The translations under genes and the position numbers were made by a program. A stretch of DNA of 64,000 nt from an uncultured Planctomycetaceae bacterium. Lineage in GTDB: Bacteria; Planctomycetota; Planctomycetia; Planctomycetales; Planctomycetaceae. Below, in pieces: positions 49,958-60,445 of the stretch. How positions within the stretch are numbered: position 1 is the stretch's first letter; each line of letters begins with the position of its first letter. A model generated the notes under the pieces. The model did no database searches. It saw only the letters and a list, made by a program, of their open reading frames with translations, and had not been told where the DNA came from. The stretch covers positions 62,001-126,000 of the forward strand of contig CAXBME010000025.1 in NCBI GenBank assembly GCA_963976765.1, read 5' to 3'.

Positions 49958-50205
49958 TCAGAGTCTCCTGGTTACGGTGCGATGGCGGCAGTCCGTAGCA
50001 GCGGCAGCTCGTTTTCTCGAGAACCTATCGACCGGGAAGGTCAAAACATGTCGTCGAGAAAAAGCACAATAGCTGGCCGAAACAGGTTTGTGGAGAGACT
50101 TCTGATTCCTGTCCACCAGACTTCACCGTGAATTCACAATTCCAACGGAATCGTGGCTACACAGCGTTCAGCGCGGTGTCCACTTCGCAAAGCACGACAA
50201 TCGCG

Positions 50206-50246
50206 CCGCCAGCGTACCATCGTCTGAGGAAACGACACGCTGGCGG
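50206..50246 (-). terminator. Stem-loop downstream of the TolB-like gene (terminator candidate)
   Basis: CCGCCAGCGT / ACGCTGGCGG 10-bp stem; weak U-tail. Confidence 0.4.
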
Positions 50247-50261
50247 TCGCTTGATAGCGTC

Positions 50262-51314
50262 CTACTTCTGGCCGCGAAGCCAGTCGGCGATCCAGAGCTG
50301 ACTCGACTCGTCTTCCGAACGGGTCGATGTCCACATCAGCTTTGTGCCGTCCGGGCTGAAGACCGGCAGCACATCCTGCGAAGGTTCGTGGGTAATCTGC
50401 GTGACCTTACCGGCGATGAGCTTTCCGTCTTCGTTTTTCAATTCCAGCGTGAAGAGTTGGAATTTGGACTTCGGCCCCGGACCTTCCGAATAATCGGCGC
50501 CGGCCCAGACGAGGTAGTCGCCACCTGGATGAAAGTACGGGCACCAGTTGACCTGATTCAGATTGTTCGTCAATTGAACTTCGGTCTTGCCATCAGCCGA
50601 AACCGCGAACAGTTGCAGCATGTGTTCTTTCTGACGGTCACTTCGAAAAATCACCCATTGGTTATCAGGTGAAAAGAACGGTCCACCGTCATAGCCATCT
50701 TTGTTAGTGATCTGCCGAACGTTCGTTCCGTCGGCGTCCATGATGTAAAGATCCGGGTCACCGTCGCGCGACGAGGTGAAGACAATCTGCTTTCCGTCAG
50801 ACGAGTAACTGCCTTCCGCATCGTAGCCGGGAGCGTCTGTCAGCCGCTTCATTCCCGTTCCGTCGAGGCCGACCGTGTAGATATCCATGTGCGGATCAAA
50901 GTCCCACTGGTAGCGTCGTCGGCCTCCCTCAGCCGCAAGGTCTCGCGCTTTCTTCTCGGTGACATCGAGCTGCGGGTCCGAATGGCTTGATGCAAACAGC
51001 AGGCTCTTCCCGTCAACGGAAAAGTAACTGCAGGTCGTACGGCCTCGACCGGGGCTGATGCGACGAGGCGTGCCGCCTTCCAGATCCTGCACGTAAATCT
51101 GGTAGAACGGATAGCCGACCGGGTACGCCTGATAGACGATGCTTTTTCCATCCGGCGAGAAGTAGCCTTCCCCCGCTCGCGGCAGCCCCGAAGTGACCTG
51201 ACGAATGTTCGACAGATGTTTCGCCTCCTTCACGGCAGCGGATTCGTCGGCAGCGTTCACAGCGGTGATGATTGACAAGGTGAGCACAGCGACAGACAGC
51301 AGCAACGTTCTCAT
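50262..51314 (-). CDS. Secreted TolB-like (PD40) beta-propeller protein
   Basis: Signal peptide; AGEGYFSPDG, GYDAEGSYSSDG…IVFTS.RDGD, GYDGGPFFSPD, LPVFSPDG. Confidence 0.9.
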   Translation of the reverse strand: MRTLLLSVAVLTLSIITAVNAADESAAVKEAKHLSNIRQVTSGLPRAGEGYFSPDGKSIVYQAYPVGYPFYQIYVQDLEGGTPRRISPGRGRTTCSYFSVDGKSLLFASSHSDPQLDVTEKKARDLAAEGGRRRYQWDFDPHMDIYTVGLDGTGMKRLTDAPGYDAEGSYSSDGKQIVFTSSRDGDPDLYIMDADGTNVRQITNKDGYDGGPFFSPDNQWVIFRSDRQKEHMLQLFAVSADGKTEVQLTNNLNQVNWCPYFHPGGDYLVWAGADYSEGPGPKSKFQLFTLELKNEDGKLIAGKVTQITHEPSQDVLPVFSPDGTKLMWTSTRSEDESSQLWIADWLRGQK

Positions 51315-51385
51315 GGCGGACCTCGCGTGGAGTTGCGTAGTGAAAGTGGATCAGTCCATTGAAAGCGACGGTAGCATTTTCTTCC

Positions 51386-51464
51386 GTGTGTCACTGGCTC
51401 GGCCAGTGCGGAATCTCGTGCCACTGGCGATTCTCCGAAAGCACTGGCAAAGCCAGTGGCACAC
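51386..51464. repeat. REP-like inverted doublet (GTGCCACT family)
   Basis: GTGTGTCACTGGCTCGGCCAGTGC (51386-51409) versus reverse complement of 51441-51464: 21/24 identical; each unit is internally palindromic. Confidence 0.7.
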
Positions 51465-51538
51465 TTTTCAACAGACTGATAGCGTTATCGGAGATCGATT
51501 CTGAATATTCAACTCGCCGGGATCATAAAGGCAAAGCC

Positions 51539-52156
51539 ATGACGAGATCACGTTACCGTTCCACGATTCTCCTGATGGCCATGGCGTATTTCGCTTCGGA
51601 CGCCGTGAGTGCGGAAGAGTCTCTTAAGGTCGACATCGAAACGCCGAAAGGCTGGCGAACGGAAACGCTCAGTCTGCCGACAGGCTTTGCGAAAGACATG
51701 AAACTGACGGGCTTTGAAGAAGTCCGTTTTGCTCCCGGTATGTTCCGCCCCGACGCCGAAGACTTCTTTACCTACTGCTTTGTCTTCTGTCTTCCGGGTC
51801 AGAATCCGCCTGATGAAAAAACACTCACGGCAGAGCTGCTGAAGTATTACCGCGGCCTCGCGGTCGCCGTCACGAGACGCAGCGGCATCGATGTGAAACC
51901 TGACAGCTTCACGCTGACGATTACACCGGTCAAAGATTCAAAGAAAAAGTCACGTGCGGTGATGACCTGGCTCGAACCCTTCGCCACTCAAAAACCGCAG
52001 ACGCTGAATCTGGAAATTGAGTCGGTGCTCGAAAGCTCGATCAAAGGCTGCCTGCTGAAGATTGCCGTTTCGCCAAAGCCGTCCGATGCGGAAGTCTGGA
52101 AGCCGATGCGGAAAATGCTGAAAGCGGCAAAGGTGGTCACCACGGAAACGCCGTAA
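51539..52156 (+). CDS. Secreted hypothetical protein
   Basis: Signal peptide; W..E…LP..FA, G.EE.RFAPGMF, YY.GL. The longer ORF start reads through a REP. Confidence 0.7.
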   Translation: MTRSRYRSTILLMAMAYFASDAVSAEESLKVDIETPKGWRTETLSLPTGFAKDMKLTGFEEVRFAPGMFRPDAEDFFTYCFVFCLPGQNPPDEKTLTAELLKYYRGLAVAVTRRSGIDVKPDSFTLTITPVKDSKKKSRAVMTWLEPFATQKPQTLNLEIESVLESSIKGCLLKIAVSPKPSDAEVWKPMRKMLKAAKVVTTETP

Positions 52157-52168
52157 CCAACAGGATCG

Positions 52169-55100
52169 TTATGCAGCCTCTGCGCCGCCGTTGACTCGGA
52201 ATTCTCCGTCCTCACCGACATCTTCAAAGCTGATCGTGAGTCGTTTCGAAACGCCCGATTGTTCCATGGTCACGCCAAAGATCACATCGGCAACGGTCAT
52301 CGTTCGTTTCCGATGGCTGATCATGATGAACTGAGTCATCTCTTTGAATTCGTGAACGACACCGGCGTAACGCTCGACGTTGGCGTCGTCGAGTGCCGCG
52401 TCAACTTCGTCCAGAATACAGAACGGGCTGGGGTTGCTCTTAAAAATGGCAAGCAGCATCGCAACGGCGGTCATGGTTTTTTCGCCGCCACTCAGCAGGG
52501 AAATGCTGCGCAGCTCCTTGCCCGGCGGGCGGGCGACAATGTCGATGCCGCAGTCAAGCACGTCGTCTGGATCTTCCAGAATGAGATCCCCGTCGCCGCC
52601 GCCGAAGAGCTTTCGAAAGAGTTCTCGAAACTCGATCTGAATCTTCGTGAACGATTCAAGGAACAGCCGCCGGCTTTCCGAGTTGATTTTCCGGATAATT
52701 TCTTCCAGTGTCGTCTTCGCCTCAGTCAGGTCCATGAGCTGACTGTTGAAGTGGTTGAACTTTTCTTCCAGATCGTCGAGATCCTTCAACGCATCCGTGT
52801 TCACGTTGCCCATCGTTTTCAGTCGACGGCGCAGGCGATTGACGTTCTCTTCGAGTTCGTCTCGAACGTCTTCGTATCTGGTTCCTTCGATTTCCTGGAG
52901 TGTGAGATGAACTTCGTCCTTGGTGAATGAGCCGGCCACTCCATCGGCAGCAGCAGCAGTGTCGCCGACAAGTTCTTCATCAGCTGACTCGTCGTCCTCG
53001 TCCGCATCGTCTCCGTCTCCGTCTTCGTCCCACTCCACTTCGTCGAGATCGTCGTCCTCATTACTGTCTTCCTCAGATGCTTCGTCTTCAGCGTCAGGAG
53101 TTTCAATATGGTCTACGGCATTCACGTTGTCTTCGTCAGTGTCGCCCTCGTCGGTGTCGTCCTGGGCGTCCGGGTCAGCGATCAACCCTCGCTCAATCAG
53201 GTGGTCACGGAATGCGGACGCGCCGGAGGCGACGACTTCATCAAGCGTCTGGCCGTACTCTTCCTCGATCCTTTCGCCGTACGTCGACAGGCGATGCCGC
53301 ATATCGCGAGCTTCAATTTCTTCTTCGTGCTGACGGTCGGCGATGGCACGTCGCTGACGGCGGAATGCTGTTTCTTCTTCGACCAGTCCGCTGCGAACCT
53401 GACGAAGCTGGTCCTTTTCACGTGAAAGACGATCAACTGCATCCGCACTGCTTTCGGCTTTGATTGCCAGTTCGGCGAGGCTTCCGTTGGCGTTGAGAAT
53501 CCCGAGTACTGACGTGCGGCGACGTTCTTTAAACGTGTCGAGTCGTCTCGTTGAATCTTCGATCTGATCATTCAACGTGGCTGTCTCATCGCTCAGTCGA
53601 CTGCACGCGGAGATCAGATTTTCGCGACGCTCGCCGGCCCGGGCGAGTTTCAGTCTCGCTTCAGTCTGCTCCTGCAGCAGCTTGTTGCGTTCCTGCTCAA
53701 TTTCGATCAACTCGCCTTCGAGCCGCGCGACTTCGTCGTTGGCTTCATTCTGAGTTTTCTCGACGTCGTTCAACGCATCGAAGCTTTGTGCCAGTTCGGA
53801 CTGACTTTCGGCCATTTGTTCTGTCGTGGCGATGAAGACTTCCTCGACAGCCGCGTGCTGTTCAGACAGGCGAGTCATCACTCTCTGTTGACTTTCGAAT
53901 TCCGAGCGTCGCTGAGTCAATTGTCCGTTCACGTCTTCCCGCTGCTCAACAGCGGTACTCAGTTCGCCTTCGACTTCGACAGACTGTTTCGCGAACGCCT
54001 TGATTCGTGCCTCGCTGGTCGCCATCTGCTGACTCATCCGGACAAGATCGTTCTTCAGACGACGGAGTTCGCTCTTGCGAGACAGAACCGATGCTTCACC
54101 GCGCACGGTTCCGGCATAGAGCGTTCCGTCAGGATCGATCAGCTCGCCCTGTAACGTGACGAAGCGGTGTCCGACTCCTTCGGTGACGGCCAGTCGGTTC
54201 GCGGCATCGAGATCGGTGACAACCCATGTCCTGTCGAGGAGTTTCGCCGCCAGTTTCGGGTGCTGACACGACGCGGAAACCAGCTGGTCGGCTCGAAAAA
54301 TGACATCAACGTCGCCTGAAAGATCGACGTCCTCACTGTGAGACTCAGCGTCTTCCGAAGTCGCCACTTCGTCGAGCCCCAGAAATCCAACCCGGCCATC
54401 GATACGGGCGCTGCCTCGTTTGAGATAGTCAATCATCGAATCGAGATCGCGCATCACGATCAGTTGTGCCCGGCTTCCGAGTGCCACTTCGAGCAATGCC
54501 GCATTTTCCAGGTCAACGTCAAGCAGGTCCGCGACGCTGCCGACGATCCCGTTCCACGGTGGAAAATCGGACGTTTTCGCGCGTTGCAGGATTTCCCGAA
54601 CGCCGATCCCGATGCCTTCCTGCTTGACTTCCAGATCTTCCAGCACGGTCAGACGAGCCTGTGAAGCACTGCGCCGCTCGCGGATTTCGACAAGGACTTC
54701 CTGTTCAGCCTCATGATCGGCGATCAGCTTTTTGCGTTTCGCTCGGATTTCTTTCAGAGCGTCGCCCAGTTCGCTGGCCTGTTCCAGCACTTCGTCCAGC
54801 GATGTCTGTCGCGCGGCGAGTTCCACTTCTGCAGCCCGCAACTCCGACTTCAGCCGGTCGCGTTGCTCGATCGTTTTCTCGTGCGTTTCACCCAGCGTGA
54901 CCAGTTGAGCTTCCAGCAGCGCGATCTGCTGCCGCACCTGCGAGGCCTGTTCGGAAAGCTGCGTTCGCTCGGCCTGACGTTCGTCGATACGGGTTCGACT
55001 TTGCTTGTAACGAGCCGCCAGCTGATCGGCGTGCGTTTCGTGAGCTTCGACTTCGTGCTGCTGGACCTGGAACGTTTCATCGAATTGATCAAGTTCCGCT

Positions 55101-56125
55101 TGCGCCTCGGCCAGTTCTTTGTTCACAACGCCAAGCCGCGCCAACGTCGTCGCACGCTGGCCTTGCAGCCGAACGATTTCCGATTCGGACTCACGCAGCC
55201 TTGCCGTTTCGTGGCGGATGGTTGCTTCCTGGCTGACGATGGCTTCACGCGTCGTGCCAGCTTCACGCTCTGCTTTTCGAAGGCCGTCGTCGACAACGGC
55301 CAGCTCTTCGTCGAACGAACTCAGTCGCAGTTCAACCGCCTGCTGCTGTTGGGTCAGTTCGTCGATTTCCGCCTGCGTTGCTCCCAGCTTCGAATCCAGC
55401 GAATTCAACCGCGCAGACATCCAGCGATAATCATCCGCCGCCAGGCCAAACCATGCCGACTGAAGTTCTTTGGAAACTTCGCGGAACTTTGCTGCTTTGG
55501 TCGCCTGATTGCGCGTTGAATTCAGCTGAGACTCAAACTGGTCGACGATGTCCTGCAGACGGAGCAGATTCTGCGAGACTCGTTCGAGCTTGCGGAGCGC
55601 TTCGGTCTTGCGTGAGCGAAAGCGGCTGATACCGGCGGCCTCTTCGAAGATCAGCCGGCGAGCCTGAGGGTTTGACTGCAGAATTTCACTGACACGACCT
55701 TGCTCGATAATGCTGTACGCCGAGGTGCTTGCCCCGGTCCCCATGAAGGATTCTTTGATGTCCTTCAGCCGGGCGGTGGCTCCGTTGATGAGATATTCCG
55801 AGTCTCCGTTGGTCCAGAGCCGTCGGCCGATGGTGACTTCGTCAGCTTCGATAGGCAGCATGCGCTGCGAGTTGTCGAACGCCAGCGTGGCTTCCGCAAA
55901 AGCACTCGCCTTACGATTGGCCGAACCGTTGAAAATGACGTCCGTCATGTCCTTGCCGCGGAGGCTTTTGGGACTCTGGTCGCCAAGGATCCACTTCATC
56001 GCGTCAACGACGTTGCTCTTACCGCTCCCGTTCGGCCCGACCACACACGTGATGCCACGTGAGAAGTCGAAACGCGTTCGGTCGGCAAAACTTTTGAAGC
56101 CGAATAGTTCCAGCGACTTCAGCAT
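52169..56125 (-). CDS. smc: Chromosome segregation protein SMC
   Basis: [17 protein letters not shown]alker A, coiled coils and hinge, LLSGGEK signature, [11 protein letters not shown]alker B. Confidence 0.97.
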   Translation of the reverse strand: MLKSLELFGFKSFADRTRFDFSRGITCVVGPNGSGKSNVVDAMKWILGDQSPKSLRGKDMTDVIFNGSANRKASAFAEATLAFDNSQRMLPIEADEVTIGRRLWTNGDSEYLINGATARLKDIKESFMGTGASTSAYSIIEQGRVSEILQSNPQARRLIFEEAAGISRFRSRKTEALRKLERVSQNLLRLQDIVDQFESQLNSTRNQATKAAKFREVSKELQSAWFGLAADDYRWMSARLNSLDSKLGATQAEIDELTQQQQAVELRLSSFDEELAVVDDGLRKAEREAGTTREAIVSQEATIRHETARLRESESEIVRLQGQRATTLARLGVVNKELAEAQAELDQFDETFQVQQHEVEAHETHADQLAARYKQSRTRIDERQAERTQLSEQASQVRQQIALLEAQLVTLGETHEKTIEQRDRLKSELRAAEVELAARQTSLDEVLEQASELGDALKEIRAKRKKLIADHEAEQEVLVEIRERRSASQARLTVLEDLEVKQEGIGIGVREILQRAKTSDFPPWNGIVGSVADLLDVDLENAALLEVALGSRAQLIVMRDLDSMIDYLKRGSARIDGRVGFLGLDEVATSEDAESHSEDVDLSGDVDVIFRADQLVSASCQHPKLAAKLLDRTWVVTDLDAANRLAVTEGVGHRFVTLQGELIDPDGTLYAGTVRGEASVLSRKSELRRLKNDLVRMSQQMATSEARIKAFAKQSVEVEGELSTAVEQREDVNGQLTQRRSEFESQQRVMTRLSEQHAAVEEVFIATTEQMAESQSELAQSFDALNDVEKTQNEANDEVARLEGELIEIEQERNKLLQEQTEARLKLARAGERRENLISACSRLSDETATLNDQIEDSTRRLDTFKERRRTSVLGILNANGSLAELAIKAESSADAVDRLSREKDQLRQVRSGLVEEETAFRRQRRAIADRQHEEEIEARDMRHRLSTYGERIEEEYGQTLDEVVASGASAFRDHLIERGLIADPDAQDDTDEGDTDEDNVNAVDHIETPDAEDEASEEDSNEDDDLDEVEWDEDGDGDDADEDDESADEELVGDTAAAADGVAGSFTKDEVHLTLQEIEGTRYEDVRDELEENVNRLRRRLKTMGNVNTDALKDLDDLEEKFNHFNSQLMDLTEAKTTLEEIIRKINSESRRLFLESFTKIQIEFRELFRKLFGGGDGDLILEDPDDVLDCGIDIVARPPGKELRSISLLSGGEKTMTAVAMLLAIFKSNPSPFCILDEVDAALDDANVERYAGVVHEFKEMTQFIMISHRKRTMTVADVIFGVTMEQSGVSKRLTISFEDVGEDGEFRVNGGAEAA

Positions 56126-56202
56126 TGACGGGTCAAGGATCCAGAAAGTCGGGTGTTCGACGGAAAAAATCGCCGCAAACCCTGGGGTCAGGAAATCGAC
56201 GA

Positions 56203-56226
56203 AACCGCGAGCTTACGCTCGCGGTT
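56203..56226 (-). terminator. Stem-loop between the flgI-like gene and smc
   Basis: AACCGCGAGC-TTAC-GCTCGCGGTT perfect 10-bp stem. Confidence 0.45.
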
Positions 56227-56267
56227 CATCGAAAGGTTTCAGTTGGACAGTGGTCGCGGCAGTCGGC

Positions 56268-58427
56268 TCACTCCTTCTTTTTCGAAAGCGTGAACAAGCC
56301 AAACGGATCGAGCTTTTTCTTCAGACCACTCCCGCCAGGTGGCGAATCCTGTGCCGACGGTTTCGGAGTTCGAACATCGACGAGTGTTGCGGTACCGGGT
56401 TCGTCCTGCTGTCCTGCCAGAGCGAAAGTCTGTGGCTCGCCTTCCGAACTGCCGACGGCTGCCTGAGTCGCGGATGGCTCAGACATTGACAGTGTCGTCG
56501 GGGCGTCGCTCAGACCTTCTGCGGCAAGCTGGTCGCTGATGGCATCGTCGTCAGAATCTTCAATGACGCTGCCGTCAGGTTCGTCACCGAAGTCTTCTTC
56601 GGCTGAGCTGTCTTCTTCGCCGCGAGGTCGCTGGTACATGTTTGGCGTCAGGCTGGTACGTCCGAGTCTTGCCCGGCTGCCGTTGCGGTAAAAGACTCGA
56701 CCGGCTTGAGGCAGCGCGTCAATTTCGAAGCGTCCTTTGAGATTCCCCGTTCGATCCGCCTGAACGAGCATCTGAGCGATGTCTGGATAGCTCGCTCCGA
56801 ATTCGGCAGCAGCGCGAATAACCTCTTCGACGCGTTTCGAAACGACCTTGCGTTTGTCATCGCCGTAAGGCATGAACCGGCTGACGGTGATCGTGTCACT
56901 GCCCGGTCGCGAAGTGACCAGAATGTGGTTGCCGGCTCGAACAGCCATCGGCGTGACGAATTCCTGATCGGCTCCGAAGAGCACGATCTCAGCACGTTTT
57001 CGATTGGTGATATGCACCATCGGATCGCCGGTGGCCTCCAGTGGGTGCAGCCAGAATTCTTTGCGAAGATGCTCACCCGCGATGAAGGGATCGTTCCGGT
57101 CTAGAGTCCACAAAGCCCGGAAAGCTCCATAACGGGTTTCCGCACTGTCTGTGGTTTTGCCGTTGGCATCGACGCGAACGTTCATCAGATCACGCAGAGC
57201 CATGTGAGCTTCCGGGTCGTCGAGAATCGACAGACTGGCGTAAGCAAAGACTCGGAAAGCCCGCTCCTGCTGAGCGGCTTCTTTCAAGACGTCGACTCCG
57301 GCTGACTCTCCGAGATACGACAGCGCGTGGGCCGCGTGGAAGCGGCATTCCAGATGCTGGCTCTTCAGGCCGGTTTTCAACACGGAAATGGCTTCGTCGC
57401 CGATTGCTTCCAGACGAAGAGCCGCCCGTTGAGCTTTCTCCGGTTGAAGCAGATCGTGCTCAAGACGTTGCAGGCGAACGCGGCGCGAGACCGCCGTTTC
57501 TCGAAATGCGATGTTCTGAACAACCTGCAGAAACCTTGGGTAGTTGTGTTTGTAGAGTGGGTGAACCTTCAACAGAATCCGCTGATCAGTTTGAGCTTTT
57601 GCCAGCGGCTCCCGCAAACCGTACTCGTCGTACGCGAAGAATCGCTGACCAATTTTGTCAGCCAGTCGAGTGATATTTCGATACGTTCGGAAGTTCGACC
57701 GGACGTACAAAGCCATGTCGCGTTCGATCAGCGAGACACCGCCGCCCAGAACTCGACCGCGTTTCAGCACGCCAGCCAGATTTTCCGTTTCTCCCTCTTC
57801 GGGAGAAATCATGATCGGTCCGCTGGCCTTCGCGACGACGTGACCTTTCATCACTCCCTGCCCAGGCACCAAAGCCGTTTCGCTGAGGATTGTTTCCATC
57901 AGCCGTCCGCCGTTAAGACTGGTTGCTCCGGTGTCGCCTGGCACTCGAATATCGACGTCAAATCTTTCGCCTTTGGAAATCAGCGGCGGAAGATAGGCTC
58001 GAACCACGACCAAAGCCGTGTCCGGAGATCGAATAATTTCTTTCCAGTCACGAATGTTGCGGCGGCGCATGTCATCGACAAGAGCTTCACGATACGTACT
58101 GGGAGGAGGATCTCCACCGGTTCCGTTCAGACCAACGACCAGACCGACACCTTCCAGAACAACTCGATGCAGACCGGTGAACGTTGTGTAGTCACCGACC
58201 ATCGGAACCTCGATCCTGGTGGTCAATTCGTCGTCAAAGTCGTCTGATGAATCTTCTTTCTTCTCAGGACTTTGCGACCTCATGCTGAGTTTTGACCCCA
58301 GCTTTGAGAAGTCCGGCGTTTTCAGGCCAAGCTGCGAACAACCCACCGAGAACGACAGCAGCGAAACGGTCAGCCCTGCGAGCATTACAGTCGAGCAGCG
58401 TCTCAGCATAGAGCCTGCGCAGCCCAT
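56268..58427 (-). CDS. FlgI (flagellar P-ring)-like protein with HEAT repeats and acidic tail
   Basis: GVGLVVGLNGTG, TALVVVRA.LPP…G.RFDV, ATSLNGG.L..T.L FlgI-like motifs; possible lipobox SVGC; HEAT-like AA..L..LG units. Confidence 0.75.
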   Translation of the reverse strand: MGCAGSMLRRCSTVMLAGLTVSLLSFSVGCSQLGLKTPDFSKLGSKLSMRSQSPEKKEDSSDDFDDELTTRIEVPMVGDYTTFTGLHRVVLEGVGLVVGLNGTGGDPPPSTYREALVDDMRRRNIRDWKEIIRSPDTALVVVRAYLPPLISKGERFDVDIRVPGDTGATSLNGGRLMETILSETALVPGQGVMKGHVVAKASGPIMISPEEGETENLAGVLKRGRVLGGGVSLIERDMALYVRSNFRTYRNITRLADKIGQRFFAYDEYGLREPLAKAQTDQRILLKVHPLYKHNYPRFLQVVQNIAFRETAVSRRVRLQRLEHDLLQPEKAQRAALRLEAIGDEAISVLKTGLKSQHLECRFHAAHALSYLGESAGVDVLKEAAQQERAFRVFAYASLSILDDPEAHMALRDLMNVRVDANGKTTDSAETRYGAFRALWTLDRNDPFIAGEHLRKEFWLHPLEATGDPMVHITNRKRAEIVLFGADQEFVTPMAVRAGNHILVTSRPGSDTITVSRFMPYGDDKRKVVSKRVEEVIRAAAEFGASYPDIAQMLVQADRTGNLKGRFEIDALPQAGRVFYRNGSRARLGRTSLTPNMYQRPRGEEDSSAEEDFGDEPDGSVIEDSDDDAISDQLAAEGLSDAPTTLSMSEPSATQAAVGSSEGEPQTFALAGQQDEPGTATLVDVRTPKPSAQDSPPGGSGLKKKLDPFGLFTLSKKKE

Positions 58428-58750
58428 CGCTGTTTGTTTTTCTCGACGCGGAGCCCGGCTTCGACGCTGAAATTCAGATCGAGTCGAGCATAAACACGCC
58501 ACACGTACGCGCAGGTTAACAGCCATAAGATGGCGTCCGGATAGGTTGCGAGGTGGGATGACTTCACGCCGCCGGAACCGGCTGCGTTAACGTCGGAAGG
58601 ATGGGGATCGGAGAGGAGATTTCGTCGCCAGACACTGCAGAAATTGAACCTGCAGCCGTCAGGTGCCCGATGCGAAGGTCCACGAAAAGACCGCCCACCG
58701 GGTCGTAGTCAGGAAGGGACCGGAAGAATAGCGCCGCCCCGCATTTCGGG

Positions 58751-60304
58751 TCAACACGGCTTCGCAGCGGCACGGCGTCGCAACCACGAAACCAGCGGAG
58801 CGAGCCAGAACGCGATGCACAGCACTCCAAGTCCCGCAGCGATCGGTCGGCTGAAGAAGGCCGCCAACGAGTCGGACTTCGTCAGACTCTGGACGAAAGC
58901 CTCTTCAAGGCGGCCTCCCAGGATGATGCCCAGAACGACCGGCCCGGCAGGAACTTCGAATCGTTCCAGCACGACGCCCAGCAGCCCCATCGCCAGCATC
59001 ACGCCGACATCGAAATAGCTGCCGTCGATCGCGAACGCTCCCACGATGCAGAACATCAGGATCAGCGGCAGAATGATCTGCCTCGGAATTCTGATGATCA
59101 GCGAGCCTGTTCGAATCGCCAGAAATCCAAGAGGAATCAGCAGCAGATTCGCCAGAATAAACGTGATGTAAATTCCGTAAACCAGCGGAAGCTGGACCGG
59201 ATCGGTAAAGATGCCCGGTCCCGGTTGAATGTTTTTCATGAGGAGAACGCCGATCACGATCGCCGTGACCGAGTCGCCAGGAATCCCCAGCACGAGTGCC
59301 GGAATCCACGCCCCGGCCAGCGACGCATTGTTGGCTGTTGTTGCGTCGGCAATGCCGTCCAGCGATCCCCTGCCGTACTCTTTCCGCTGCTCAGGCGTTG
59401 CCCGGCGTTTTGAGACGGCGTAAGAAACCCAGGCAGCGATGTCTGCTCCGGCTCCGGGCAGCATACCGATGGCCGATCCAATCGCACTGCTGCTGGCGAT
59501 TCGTGAACCGGAATTTGCCAGTCGCTTCCCAACTCCGCCGAACACTTCGCCGATCGCTCGGCTCAGCCAGTTCCCACTTGCCGCCCGGGATTGCGTTTCG
59601 GCTCCATTCGAAACGAGAGTCGCTTCGGGGATCCGCTTCGAAAAATTCCGCAGGACTTCGGCCAGTCCGAACAGCCCGATCATCGCGGGAATAAAGTTGA
59701 TCCCCGTGATCAGTTCGTCGGATCCAAAGGTCAGCCGCGGCACGCTGTGCGTTGATCCCAGGCCGACGCAGCTCAGCAGGAGCCCGATCGACAACGAAAG
59801 CAGCCCTTTCGCGAGTGAACCACGAGATACAACAGCAGCACAGCTCAATCCGAGCACGCAGAGCCAGAAGTATTCGTAGCTGGAAAATTCGAACGCGATT
59901 CTCGCCAGTTGGGGAGCGAGAAAGATCAGCACCAGCGCCCCGACCAGACCGCCGACAACGCTGTAAACCAGCGAGACCCCCAAAGCCTGCTGATGCCGTC
60001 CCTGCTGAGTCAGAGAGTAAGCATCGTCAACGTAGGCTGCCGATGACGGCGTGCCGGGAATTCTCATCAGCGTTGTTGGGATGTCGCCAGCAAAAATGCA
60101 GCACGCTTCCATCGTGACGATTGCGGCCAGTCCGGAAATCGGGTCGAGAAAAAACGTGAACGGTATCATTAACGCAACGGCCATCGTCGCGGTCAGTCCA
60201 GGAATTGCTCCGACGAATAGTCCGTAAGAAGCCGACACCAGAATCACCACCAGCACCTTCAAGGTGAGCGTGTTCTCCAGAGCTGTCAGAAAAGCGTCGC
60301 TCAT
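58751..60304 (-). CDS. tctA: Tripartite tricarboxylate transporter permease TctA
   Basis: GAIPGL, IPGTPSS, GLFGLAE, G.LPGAG, ANNA…P.L.LGIPG, GIILG. Confidence 0.92.
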   Translation of the reverse strand: MSDAFLTALENTLTLKVLVVILVSASYGLFVGAIPGLTATMAVALMIPFTFFLDPISGLAAIVTMEACCIFAGDIPTTLMRIPGTPSSAAYVDDAYSLTQQGRHQQALGVSLVYSVVGGLVGALVLIFLAPQLARIAFEFSSYEYFWLCVLGLSCAAVVSRGSLAKGLLSLSIGLLLSCVGLGSTHSVPRLTFGSDELITGINFIPAMIGLFGLAEVLRNFSKRIPEATLVSNGAETQSRAASGNWLSRAIGEVFGGVGKRLANSGSRIASSSAIGSAIGMLPGAGADIAAWVSYAVSKRRATPEQRKEYGRGSLDGIADATTANNASLAGAWIPALVLGIPGDSVTAIVIGVLLMKNIQPGPGIFTDPVQLPLVYGIYITFILANLLLIPLGFLAIRTGSLIIRIPRQIILPLILMFCIVGAFAIDGSYFDVGVMLAMGLLGVVLERFEVPAGPVVLGIILGGRLEEAFVQSLTKSDSLAAFFSRPIAAGLGVLCIAFWLAPLVSWLRRRAAAKPC

Positions 60305-60343
60305 CCGGAATTCCAAAATTGAGTGTGGCGAGGTTCTTTTTTT

Positions 60344-60430
60344 GAACACAGAGGTCGCTGAGTAAAAAGACGCAGAGAGAAAGAAATGAGGTCTCTACGT
60401 CTCTGCGAGTCCTCTCCGCCCTCTGCGTTC
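60344..60430. repeat. Palindromic element of (A)CGCAGAG-like ~9-nt subunits
   Basis: GAACACAGAGGTCGCTGAG…AGACGCAGAGA pairs imperfectly with TCTCTACGTCT…CTCTCCGCCCTCTGCGTTC. Confidence 0.65.
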
Positions 60431-60445
60431 CAGCATTTAGACCTG

